64,000 nucleotides of DNA, from the NCBI GenBank assembly GCA_965655095.1, contig OZ296654.1, positions 16,306,001 to 16,370,000 on the forward strand, in the 5' to 3' direction. The notes under the pieces are model-generated. The model did no database searches. It was not told the origin of the DNA and saw nothing but the letters and a program-made list of their open reading frames with translations. This DNA comes from Haplodiscus bocki (Eukaryota). Each line of letters begins with the position of its first letter. Position 1 is the first letter of the stretch. A program made the translations under genes and the position numbers. Shown in pieces: positions 44,201 to 55,521 of this stretch.

Positions 44201-47200
44201 ATCTCGCCGGTCTATCTCCCCGACTAGCCAAGACCCCATATTTCAAAAACTGTTCCGATGCAGAGATTCAAAAAGATCCGACAGTAGATTATATCAGAAA
44301 AGTTAAGAAGTCAAAATCATTACATAATTCCCGCACATCAGTCTCCCTCGTATTGCAAGAGATAAGATACAGCAGTCGAAGCAATAGTAATGGTTTTTGA
44401 AAGTTACCGTTTCGAGATCCAATTGATTTTCGTTCGACGCGGGACAACCTGATGGTCAGGTCTCAAAAACAAACTAGGGTCAAAACTAAAATTCTCAACC
44501 AATTTACTGTTTCATCTGCTGCTGTATGATTTGTGGAAGTGGGGAAGTAAGTACAAAATAACTATAAGGATGACTATGTGGCGTTGTTCGACTTTGAGGA
44601 AGACGTTATGTCTGTTCCGGAGGTACAGATTGTGCTGCAGCAAGGACAGTTCAAGTTGGTGAAAAGATACAGTAACTCACTCATAGTTTGTGGGCAAGTA
44701 GATTCATCCTGACTCTGCAAGCCCATTACTTCAGAAAATCTTTTTGATTTGCGCGCTCTCATTGCTACTATAGTTCCACACACCTGTATGTTCACACACA
44801 TTTGCTGCGTTTTGAACAAATTAAAAATTTGAAACCAAATGCTGCACGAAGTTCCTCATTTCGGAAGGGGTCTCAAAATTTCGTACGAAAAAGCCTAGAA
44901 AAAGCCGACTCACACTATAAGAACTTCTTAAAATTAAAATTTTCCGAGGTCCTACCAATTCTTCTCTAGCGCTTCAAATCCCTGATGAAAATGCTCGTCA
45001 TTTGGTAAAAGAATAATTTGGAAAATTTCAGAAGCAACAAATTCTTCGATTCAAGTTCCAGAGCAAAACACTTTTCACTTTAGTGGGGAAAAGTTTTGCT
45101 GTAGAAGTTACGTAATCAGCAATTCTGCTACCTGAATTGTCAGGCTTTACTCAGGTCACGAAAATGAAATGTTTTAAAGCAAGACCATATATACCTTTGC
45201 GCAGCCATCGCCGCCAAAGTAGCTCTCTCCTTTCTTCCACTATCATCCCCAGTCAGATTTTTCACAGCAGAGCCTCCGTGCCCATCAACAGCCCCTAATT
45301 TTGAATTTTTAGTCCCAGTGGATGACGTCTCTTCAGCAGGTGCACTAGAAGGTGGAGTTTCACTAGTGAGTTCTTGAATTGGCGCTTCCGTTCTTGCAGT
45401 CACAAAAGGAGACTCATGTCCTGCGTTTTGAGGTTTGCTTCCAGCTCCGGTTGATGCTCTCGGTGAAGGTGACGACATGTTCACTATTTTCCTCGGAGAT
45501 CTGTTGATGCTGCTTCGCGGGGTCTTCGGAGGACTTACCAACGAAGCATTCTGCAAAAAAACGTGACACTGAATAATAATCTCAATGAATATTATTCACT
45601 CAAAATATTACTTTGTCAAAAGCAAAGCGGAAGCTTCGACACACTTGCTGACCAGAAAAGCCACACGATCAAAAATGATTTTATTTTCGAGAGAATAGAA
45701 ATAACGACACTCAACCAAAAGATTTTGAAAGTCATTTCAGTCCACGATTTTAAAAATGTGATTTACCCTTAAATAAACCAACTATAAATGAAGCAAGAAG
45801 TCAAATTGAGAAAAGTACCTGTGGTGATGTTTCCTCAAACATTTGACCTGTTAGTCATTTTTTCTTTTTCAGCTAGGCCATTTTACAGTCCAATGTTTGA
45901 AAATTTCACGTTTTACGACGCGAAAATGAGCAGATACCAAACTGTCTCAAATCTAAATGATAAAACACACGCTCAGCTGCGTTTCGCAACACTTGCGCCA
46001 ACAAAGGAACATTGGTAAAAAAATCGAACAAGTATAACTGATATATGAAGGAGTCACAGCACAATGAAAACGACTGATTAAACAATTAAACAGAAAGCTA
46101 GTCCAAGCAGTTTATTCTTGAAAAACTTATTTACGAGTGTAAAAATTAAGAAGGGACAGCAGCTGAATCGCTTTATATTTAAAACAAAAGAAGCGCGCAC
46201 ACTGGAAAAAGGCTACGTGTACAAAATTTAACAGTGGAGCGACAGCGCATGAACAATATTTTGCAAGAAAGTCAGAGCGTATCTACATAATCAAGGAACA
46301 ATAGAATCTACGATCAAATGTGAGTTGTGAACGTATGGGACAAAGTTTTCGAAGCCTGCGATATAAAAATTGCTAGCCCGAGTAGCACAGCGACGAAGCA
46401 GAGCTTAGCAAATCGGGAAAAACAAATATAAACTCTCCCAATTCTCGAAAATTTGATCAAAACCATAAATACTGGAGAAACTGTCGGAAACTATAAAAAA
46501 TTCCAGATTATCGAAAAGAGACTCTAACTCAGTTTTTCAAAATATAAAACTTTCCAGACTTTTTAAAAACCATTGTTGGGAATTCTCAACCAATTTCGGA
46601 GTTTTTTCGACAGCGAAAAAGCGTGAGAATATCTATTTAAAAAATCGCTTTCTTTGAGGCTCTTTTATTGGAGAACCGCCAAACGTGAACTTGCTAGGGC
46701 ACAAGAAGGTTCTATCAAGGCTCAAAGAGTAGATTTTCTTTCAGTAATTAAGTTGAAGATCCTGTAGCAGTAGCACTTGCGTTTGAACCCTACCTGATGC
46801 AACAGTCGCAAACACGCTAAATTGGTGAGGAAAACAAAAACTGCCCGGAAAATCGCAAACTATCGCAGTTTAAGGCTGACCCTGGAGCACAAAAATACAT
46901 TTAAGCATGGTATAATCGAGAAAAACAAAGAATATTCCTAAAATTGAACACTCTTTAATTTGTTCAGCGGGATTCGTAATCACAAAGAAGATTCGCAACG
47001 CAAATGAGCAAAATCAAGCAGGAATCGTAAAATTAAGCCAATTTTGTGTGAAAAAAACGCTGACAAAAACTAATTTCCAGCAAAGTGCTCCAAAGTTATT
47101 GCGAAATTCAAATATATGTGGTTCGGTATTGGTCGTCAATGCAGTTGTAGCTGAAAAGCAAAGTTAGAAGGCAATCGAGCGCAAGTTCTGCAAAAGTCGA

Positions 47201-50200
47201 AAAATCATATACTTTTTTTTTATTTTAAAGCAACAAAACGACTGGAAGAACAACTTTGCAAGTTCTTCCTGAAATAGCGATAATGGTGCTCCAGAATAAT
47301 TTTAGTTTGGCCAAGAGGCAAGATGGTTAATCAGGAAGGCAAAAACTTCAAGGAAAATGCGATATCAGCTATTTTGGCCTTGTTGGCGCCTCGGACACGA
47401 AACAAGGACTTTCAAGCCTCTCTGGGACAATATGTGAACACTCACATCCTCTTTGCGTAGGCCCGAAGTGATACATGATTCCTCATCGAACTGAGGAATT
47501 CCCGAAGTCAGAACCAGAAAGATGGAAGTTTGGAATTATTTCCATCGATAAAATTTGCAGGGTGACCCCTTCGTTCAAACTTTAAGCCTACCCGTGATAA
47601 AATCATGTAAAAACTGGACATCCATTTGTATCGCCATTGCTGCTACACAGCATTTACTGAAGATCTGTAAGATAAAATTTTAATCAAGTAGTTTCCTGCA
47701 AAGAAACGTTAATTTGTAATTCTCATTAATTTCAACGATGTAAAATGATGCCATCTGTGATGTTTAAAAATGGTCCCGTTTCTACTACATTGCTGTTTAA
47801 GCAACAGTGCTACTCAGTAAAGGTTTAGGATACCTTAGTTGTAAATCTAGTGGTTGCGCTTTCCCCCATTATGCTCTTATTGACTTTCTTTCAAGCTTTC
47901 AAAGATGAATGACTTTTTCAAATGTCAAGCTTCCAAAGATTAATAATTCTTTTAAATTGCTACTTTCACAAATTGAAACCGGTCGTGTTTTTATTACAAA
48001 GCAGCTTGAGAAACAATTCCTATATATCTGCAAAACCCACTCCTAGCGCAGTTGCATCGTGGCGCTTTTTCTAATTTTGATTTCATTATACTTTTGAGCA
48101 TTGAAACGATTAAAAATTTCTGATTTTGATGCTTTTAATGAAATTGTAAAATAGTACCCTTTTTACCTCAGAGCTGACATGGACATAATTCCAACAGTTA
48201 TTCACAACTTACAATGCGATGTCTAAATTGTTTGTGCCCGAATTTCCTTTTACGCCATTACTGCAGGAAAAAATTATTTTTTGTTTCATACTTCATCCTC
48301 CCCCGTAGTCAAATAATTTATCTAATTTGACCGGCATGCACAAAAGTTATTTATTTAACCCTTATATCCCTTCGATGTAGCCAGTATTCTAATTGAACGT
48401 GATTAGCCGGTGCTTCGTTAATGTCACTTTATTTAAGTATTAGTGTTATCATCAAGGTAAACAAACAAACTAACTTGCTTCCAGATTGATAATATAAAAT
48501 CGATATTTACTGAGTACGTTTCCTGATCTTAGCTCCCTCCTCAATGTTTGCAGTACATACATTAGCCGCCACTTTAGCAGCTAACTATAATTTAGGCTCA
48601 TCAAATGGAGTGTATTGAACTTCGATCAGATCTTAACAGATGATCCCTTGTAAAAACTTATGAATTTAAACAGAACCAAATTTGATGCTCAAACAAGAAG
48701 GTTCGTTAACTAGATATTTTCTTCTCTCCGAGAAAAAAGGAAATATCGAACGCAAAAAAATCTCTAGCCGAGGTGGGATTCGACCTCGGACGGTCGCAAT
48801 GAACAATCGCTCATGGCTGTCGTCATTAACCATTAGCCTAAATGATCCCTGACTTTGATTAGATTCATCAAACTATAATCTTGTAAGACTTGCGAACGAT
48901 ACGAAAAAAACGCGGGTCGACCGTAGAAGTAACAAGACGGCCGGCTACCACTGGCATAATTTCCGCCTTCCCATTTTTGTAAGGAAAGCTTTGAAAAAAA
49001 TGAAAACGTTTTTTTTTCGATAAAACACTTCTCCTTTATCATACTTTTCAAATTTTCCAACTTTGAAAATTTTCTGATTTTTTGCCAAAAAAACTCAAAA
49101 TTAAGGGGAAAAAGCATTTTTAAGAACTATTACTATTTGGTACGCATTCTACAGGAAATTTGCCACCTTTCGCGATTTTGAAACATTTCAGGTTTTATGC
49201 GAAAAAAAAACAAACCTATTTTTTAAAAAGCCAAATTTTGAACGTTTTGAGAGAACTTACGATTTCAGTCATATTCTAGGCAAATGTGCTACAATTTGGT
49301 GAAAAACGTGAACACAATTGGCAAACATCGGGTGAAAAAACGATCGCGTTGAGCGGAAGATTTGCCTCCCATATTACAAATATGGCGGAAAACAAACTTG
49401 CGTTTGCCAGCTTAAAGTGATAAGTCGAACATGACAATGCTATTCATTAACTCATCAGACATGTCTTAAAATAGCATCTTCTTAGAATGGGAAGAAGAAA
49501 ATAGTCCTGCCGCACTACCTGTATTGATATGTCACATACCTTTTCAGGTTTAAATGTTCATTTTTTTGGCCCTTTAACATTTTTAGAGCGGGGAAAAAAG
49601 AAGTACCTGCCATATGTGTCAAAAAAGGCACTTTTGGAACGTTTTCAACAGATGACGGGACTCTCTGGGCATAAGCCGTTTTCAATACTCATTATTTGTT
49701 TCAGTAAATGTGCAGAAAAAAATCACAAAACCTGGCATCTCATAATTTTGTTAATTTCTATTCAACTCCATAATATAGTCTAAACAATAACTAACCACAC
49801 AGGCGTCAGGGCTGAATCTCAGTCTATCCGTGCTCGCAATTAATTTGTCAGACAGACTCTGGTCATCTTTAAAATCGACCTCATCACTTTCCTCCTCCTC
49901 CTCAGAACTACCAACACTTTTCACTTCACTGGCTAGATCACCCCGCGCATCAGCAGACTTCAATATACCCTGGGAGTTTTTGGGCATGTTCACCGTGATG
50001 TTTCTAGTCCCGGTGGAGTCCATGAAGTTATCTGGTCCAGGGGTTTGACAAAAATTGCTAGGAGTCTGCGGTGCTCCTGTGTCAGATGCTTCGCTCTCTT
50101 CATACCCAATATCGCCTAGCTGCATGTGCAAGGTGCCTCCTAAGGAGAAATCTGTCTCCGGAGGATTCGTGTCCGAGGGATCCTGAAATAAGGAAATCAC

Positions 50201-51006
50201 AGGAAATTTGCAGAAAACGAAATACTTCACAAGGAGGTCGAGTATTATAAGACTTCTGACTTTTTTTCTGAGTGAACAGTTTTTCATCGAACCTATCGAC
50301 ATTATTTCAGTCCGTGAGATAAAACTCGAACAAATTACGCTGAAGCAGTTTTTATTCGCACAATAGGAGCATTTTCGTTTTTTCCCCGAAAGTGGTTTGC
50401 ATGAAATACGCTCATCTCAGAAACCTATAAGGTATTTTTGAAAAACAGATGCTGTGCATTTAGCGCTAAAAATAGCATTGTAATAAAAGAATGGAATTGA
50501 GCCAATTTCAGGAAAATTGAAAATTTTGAAAAAGTTTAGATGGCGCCCAACAGTCACGAATCGATTTGCGAATTGAGATAAAATCAATAGGCTTTGCGCT
50601 GATATCTTAATGCTTTATAAAATTCATGAACTTACTTGATGCCCTGCAATATCAATGGCTTTCCTCCCAAAGGCAGGAGACTTGACCGACAGCCTGGCCA
50701 CCAACTTTTCCTCTATTTCCACGTCCTGTTTTCCTTTCTTTTTCCCGCCTCCGCCTTTCTTGCCTCCCTTCTTAGCTGCCTTCTCCCGCTCGGATTGAGC
50801 CATGTTGCGATAGAATTCATCACAGGGATGTTCCCACGTGCTCTCTCCAGTGGCAAAATTGAAGTAGTACAAATCTCCATTCAGATCCTGACATGGCTTC
50901 CAGTCTTTCGGCAGATTAGCACACAAACCCTCTTTGGCTATCCACAGCAGGTGCGATTCCTTGTCAGGGTCTATCTCCAGAATATCGATCGCGTATTCGT
51001 GAATTT
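19532..51006 (-). CDS. CEP164: CEP164-like centriolar distal-appendage protein (N-terminal WW domain + long coiled coil), multi-exon, 5' exon missing
   Basis: Sixteen exons with GT-AG boundaries and consistent phases: 50636-51006, 49796-50182, 45195-45550, 38881-39072, 34902-35045, 34253-34460, 32161-32271, 29810-29941, 29208-29318, 28552-28695, 28398-28481, 25483-25596, 24829-25210, 21111-21392, 20260-20329, 19532-19835. The first visible exon reads [67 protein letters not shown], the CEP164 N-terminal WW signature. The 3' end is uncertain (possible extra exon ~19175-19204). Confidence 0.88.
20997..21066 (+). pseudogene. tRNA-like pseudogene or SINE head
   Basis: aggccaa...ttggtct acceptor-like stem, A-box-like tagtttaatggt and B-box-like gggttcgatcc. 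The anticodon and T stems are imperfect. Confidence 0.5.
30605..31010 (+). repeat. Dispersed non-autonomous repeat (partial copy ~29060-29172; inverted copy ~48930-49392)
   Basis: aaattggagggcggaaaa...gccgtcttgtt occurs at 29141 and 30961, and as a reverse complement at ~48931-48977. ttttccgccatatt...atatgggagg is mirrored at ~49363-49392. Confidence 0.75.
33440..33800 (+). mobile_element. Possible CR1/L2-type endonuclease fragment
   Basis: The motif HGGVLIAI at ~33739 resembles the GGGVLIA motif of APE domains; the surrounding sequence is too decayed to confirm. Confidence 0.3.
33828..33883 (+). repeat. Compound microsatellite (ACC)n(AAC)n
   Basis: Directly visible in the sequence. Confidence 0.95.
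35235..35264. repeat. (TA)n microsatellite
   Basis: Directly visible in the sequence. Confidence 0.95.
35335..35620 (-). repeat. Three tandem degenerate tRNA-like units
   Basis: Minus-strand B-box-like motifs (ggtgcgaatcc, agttcgagccc, ggttcgattcc) are each preceded by ccgaa(t/g)c.acag. The middle unit has an A-box-like tagcccagtgg. Confidence 0.55.
40660..43210 (+). mobile_element. Non-LTR retrotransposon (RTE-like LINE: APE endonuclease + RT), degenerate, intronic and antisense to CEP164
   Basis: Endonuclease remnants: [29 protein letters not shown] remnants: [42 protein letters not shown] (degenerate YADD region). Confidence 0.82.
48763..48840 (-). pseudogene. tRNA-like fragment or SINE head
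   Basis: Minus strand reads taggctaatggttaatgacg...gaggtcgaatcccacctcggctag, with A-box and B-box-like motifs. Confidence 0.4.
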
Positions 51007-52221
51007 CTGTAATACATCAAATCATTGGTATTTACAGTGTTTTCGATAATAGACGAGGCACGCTTTTTGTGAAGATGCAGTCGTTCTTGGTAAATTATAC
51101 AGTACTGTACTGTACATTACTTAAGAAGTATTGATGGCCCTCCTAAATTAGTTCGGATCATCAACATACAGCCCGAAGAGAACCCCACGATGGCTCATTT
51201 AGGCAGACAAGTCATATGCTTGATTAACAAACTAACTAATTTTTTGATCGACCCCCTGTAACTAGAATTATGAATTTCTAGTTATGAAATCTAATTATGA
51301 AATCTAATAACATTCTCTGGGAATTTGAAAGATTAGAACAAGCTCAAGTTGGCGCTGCCTGTAAGGCCCAAAACATATGTGGGGTATCGCAAAAATTTCT
51401 GGCGAGTTGAAAGGGGAAGTATTACAAGCATATACAGAAAATTAGGCATTTCTTCAAACAACAAGCGGAGAACGCCAAGTCGACGCCGCCAGTAAGGCTG
51501 AAAATACTCGTAGGGGGGACTTTGATGTTCAGAAAAATCTATTCTTCTTCATTGTAGTTTTGCCGGGGAACTTTTTCTCGGAGCACGGAAAAATTCTCCA
51601 GGGTACACTCAATAACGTCATTAAGTCCGTGAGAATCTCAGTAGTAAAACTTAGGGTCAGCAAAAAGGCACGTGTGTGGCGAGAGGGCATCACGAAAAAC
51701 TTTTCGCCGTCCAATGTTCAAGAGAATTGCACGGTAAAAAAATGAACAAAAAGAGATTGTTTTTGACTTTCGACACCAGATGACTCCATTTTCTCAAGAC
51801 GTCAAGAAAATGCAAGTTTTGAATAGTCTCACAAAAACTAACCATAAGCCGATTCAATACAAATTCTTCCTTTCAGTCAGAATGTTTAGCATAGAGGCGA
51901 AGCGGAACTTGGAGACACCTTCTGACTTCTCAGTTGAAATCACAGATAAAGTTTACAAATCGAAGGTACTCAGAGCCATTTGAACCTTGTGCGGATACAT
52001 GATTGACGTTTTCAGAAAAACTACACCAGATGTTCGTCAAAAAAGTGTTCGAAAAAATCGGAATGAAAAAAAAAATTTCACAGTGTCCGATACTTGAAAA
52101 GTTAATCTGTCAATCATATCTTTTCAGATTCGCTATTTTGCATCCCAATGCTTAAAACTTACACAGTAGACAACACTAAAAATCGAGCAATACTAGTAAT
52201 CCTAAAAATGTTACCTGTAAA

Positions 52222-52339
52222 AATTTCGAGCTCTCAAAATGCCCAATATTAGTCAACAAGATATCGAAGCAACTTCAAATTTTTTCGAATCTCCGATTTC
52301 TTGTTGACTATTACTAACCATTTTCAGAGCTCAAAACTT
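52222..52339. repeat. ~115-bp imperfect inverted repeat (MITE-like hairpin)
   Basis: gagctctcaaaatg pairs with cattttcagagctc, and tagtcaacaagatatcg pairs with cgatttcttgttgacta. Confidence 0.7.
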
Positions 52340-52447
52340 CTAATACATTGTCCACGTTCTTGGGGACACCTAATACATTGCGCACACTGTCTCATTCGAA
52401 ATATTGTTCTGCGGAAATGCCTTTTAAGAACGCTGTTAATAATATAG

Positions 52448-52790
52448 TATAATGCGGATAATACCAGTAGCCCTCACCGAGCTCATTCGCTTCGCTCATT
52501 CACTCGATTCGAACCACTGATATTATCCGACAATATACCCGCTCGCTCGCTCGCTGTGCTCTCTCACCGGCTCTATTCGCTTCGCTCACCATCGCCTCTC
52601 GCTTATATTATTGCTCGGCTCTTCAAGCCTCGCCTTTCTTGCTTCGCTTGCAGATATCTAAAGTGAAATACTCCTTATCAACAACAAACTCAAACAAGAT
52701 AACAAACACGATAATTGTAATCAGCCTCTCGCTTATATTATTGCTCGTCTGCGTCTCGCCTTTTTTTTTCTCGCTTCGCTCGAAGATAAC
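52448..52790. repeat. Structured terminal region with a hairpin and (C)GCTTCGCT(C)/GCTC repeats
   Basis: Inverted pair cggataataccagt (52455-52468) / actgatattatccg (52516-52529). Direct repeats ctcaccg.gctc.attcgcttcgctca (x2) and gcctctcgcttatattattgctcg (x2). gctcgctcgctcgct at 52541. Confidence 0.7.
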
Positions 52791-53207
52791 AAATCAATAT
52801 TGAGATTGAGTTCTCGTAAAATTCCGTATTTACGTAAACATAAAATTGTAAAGCAATGGTAAAATGAACTAGCACGTGTATTTTTATGTTAGTATTCTCT
52901 TTTCTATTTCGTCTCCATATATACTAGTGGTATTTGTTACATGGACTAAAGTTAAGGCTGTGCTTAATTGTATAGCCGTCGTGTTTGTGGTTCACGACTA
53001 ACCAACGTCCCACTGTCTATGTCAACATCACGAGCAAAAGCTATATGGAGGAACTGTCTATATCTTGAAGCTTGAAAAAGCAGAATAGATCGATGGGAAA
53101 TATCACCAGGAATGCTCACTCGAAGACAGCTGAAAAGCTAGACATGAAAGTTGGCCAGTGATATTTTGTCTTAAACGTAAAACACGATTTCTGAGAAATA
53201 TTAACAT

Positions 53208-53500
53208 TATGTCGACATCCTTAAACATGTGGAGATTATAAAATTTTAAGCTACAAATACAAATGATATATCATTAGAAAGCTCGTTAAAAGTTTAGTAT
53301 ATGCTGAAAATTTCAACCTCGTATCTATTATAATCTTCGAGAAATTCGACAAAAACAGTATATGTCGACATACCTTAAACATGTAGAGATTATAAAATTT
53401 TAAGATACAACAAAGTGTGATATATCAATCGATAGCTCGTTGAAATATTAGTGTACGTTGAAAATTTCAGCTCTGTATCTATTGCCATTTTCGAGAAATT
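53208..53500 (+). repeat. Two ~150-bp tandem units in the viral left arm
   Basis: tatgtcgacat.ccttaaacatgt.gagattataaaattttaag...tgatatatca...agctcgtt...gaaaatttca...gtatctatt...ttcgagaaatt occurs twice. Confidence 0.85.
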
Positions 53501-54266
53501 AAAATTATACTTATCTATACGAGTATAAAAATAATTATAATATTACAAAATTTTATTCATACAAATATAAAAATAAAAAATATGTTAAAATATTCATACA
53601 AGTATACGTATAATTAAATTAATATTCATATTTGAATATCATTTGTAACACATACAACTATTCGAGTAATTATACTAGGGTATACATACAATTATATGAG
53701 TAGATGTACATATATTGTCGTTTTTGTGTTACATACAATTATACGAGTAAATATACTAAGGTATGCATACAATTATATGAGTAAGTATTTTAATTATACA
53801 ACATCAATTATTATTTTATAAGTACTTGATACAATTATATTTGTACGTATACCAGAGATATACTTACAAATATATGAGTACTTATAAATATTTTAGTATT
53901 TGTATATGTATTCATGTAATTATACCATTGATGACATGCAAAAATGAAAAGTATTTCTACAATCATTGCAATATGTTTGTATATAATCACGATTATGAAA
54001 AATATTGGAATACAAATACATTTATATAAGTATGTATACTAAATATAATTACACGTATATGTGTAAGATTATAAGATTTATTCTAAATATTCGGAACAAT
54101 AAGATAATCATTATTTTTTAGTATTATAAGATAATAATTTAGATCACTATAGGTAGGAATAATAAGATTATGATTAAGTCCTTTTGGTATTATAAGATTC
54201 ATTTTACGTTTTTTAATTTTTTTATTTAATATAGGTATTATTTAAAATATAAAAAATACTATAAAT

Positions 54267-54695
54267 ATGGAAGAAGTAAAATATTTAGAATTATTTATAT
54301 CACCATATGATATGAATCCAAATATTAAAAAAATTATTTTATCAAAATTGAAAGAAAAATATTTATATAGAGAAATATATGGTAAAATGATGACGAATAT
54401 AGAAATAACTGATTTTAATAAAATAACTTTATCTAGAAGTAGTATAAATAATTTAGAATTAAACGTGCCTGTTAAAATTAAATATAAAATATATAAACCT
54501 AATGATATAATCGAAGGAGAAATTTTTGCCGATGATAATGATAATAGAGTGTTTGTTATATCACATGATATAATTTGTGAAATTGAAAATAAAAAAAATC
54601 ATAATCATTTAACAAATAATGTCAAAGTTATTTTAACAAGTATAAAATCGACTTCGGGTTGTTCTTATTTTTTAGCAAAAGGCAATATTATTTAA
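54267..54695 (+). CDS. Poxvirus RPO18-like (Rpb7-family) RNA polymerase subunit
   Basis: KYLYREIYGKMMTNIEI...INNLELNVPVKIKYKIYKPNDIIEGEI...HDIICEI aligns collinearly with vaccinia D7R/RPO18 as I recall it (TYLHREISGKMAKKIEI...[28 protein letters not shown]...GDLICKL). The 142-aa frame is open. No search was run. Confidence 0.8.
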   Translation: MEEVKYLELFISPYDMNPNIKKIILSKLKEKYLYREIYGKMMTNIEITDFNKITLSRSSINNLELNVPVKIKYKIYKPNDIIEGEIFADDNDNRVFVISHDIICEIENKKNHNHLTNNVKVILTSIKSTSGCSYFLAKGNII

Positions 54696-55012
54696 TCTAC
54701 TTCTGATTCTAATTCTGATTCCGATTCTGATTCTTCTTCTGAAGTTTTAATAAATGATAACATATATAAAATCTCTTCTCTAAGTTTATGAATAATCTCA
54801 TGCATATCATCGGTATCATTATTATATATTTTTAAAATTATATTATCGATTATATTTAAGGAAATGAGTATTCTATTTTCAGGAATTTTATCATAAAAAT
54901 ATTTTAGTAAATATTTCCTTAGTCTATTAAAATCACAAATATTTTTTTCATTTTCATATTTGTAGAAAAGAGCTTGATCACACATTTGAAAAATTTCTTT
55001 TATTACATTCAT
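54692..55012 (-). CDS. Hypothetical viral protein with an acidic (ES)n tail
   Basis: 106-aa ORF with a TAAATG start that abuts the stop of the upstream gene. Confidence 0.65.
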   Translation of the reverse strand: MNVIKEIFQMCDQALFYKYENEKNICDFNRLRKYLLKYFYDKIPENRILISLNIIDNIILKIYNNDTDDMHEIIHKLREEILYMLSFIKTSEEESESESELESEVD

Positions 55013-55521
55013 TTATATAGGAAAAATTTTAGATGTTTTTATTTGCTTATAATTTGAAACATTAGAATTATCAAATAATTTATCAATATCATCCAAATCA
55101 ATATTTTCTTTCTTAATATATTTAAAATATGGTGATAAATAATATATATTTTCATATCCTATTGCTAAACTATATGGTGTTAAATTATTACCCATATTAG
55201 AGATGTATTTATAAATTTTATCATTTGTTAGGAAAGAACAAACCTTATCACCTCCCAAATAAACATATTTGTATTTATCATTTTCTCGAGCGATTTCTAA
55301 TAAAATAGTATTTCCATCAAATACTTTTCTATCTTCAGCTCCTGAAAATTCAGTCATATTACATAGTTGACTTTTACCAAAAAACGATTTCACAGGATTG
55401 ACTTCGTATATAATATTTTTATCATCAGAAACATCCTGAAATTTTTGTACTCTAATCCATTATTTTTAAAAATTACTGCTAAACAATTGATATTATTTTC
55501 AGCTACAAATATAATAGTCAT
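55013..55521 (-). pseudogene. Viral protein resembling an uncharacterised large-DNA-virus family (FDGNTILL...SNMGNNLTPY), frameshifted near 55455
   Basis: TAAATG start at 55521 (MTIIFVAENN...). After a frame change it continues VQKFQDVSDDKNIIYEVNPVKSFFGKS...FDGNTILLE...KYVYLGG...YISNMGNNLTPYSLAIG. Confidence 0.6.

Noticed and set aside
590-51006. Functional ciliary gene cluster (TMEM231 + CEP164)
   Set aside because: Only two genes, 18 kb apart, one of them broken. Coincidence cannot be excluded without synteny data.
51900-52230. Candidate CEP164 first-exon donors (~51918 and ~52216)
   Set aside because: In the required phase both are closed upstream by in-frame stops without an ATG, and neither encodes the expected acidic N-terminal motif.
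53826-54029. 67-aa ORF in the viral left arm
   Set aside because: Non-ATG start, low-complexity AT-rich composition and overlap with the motif array.
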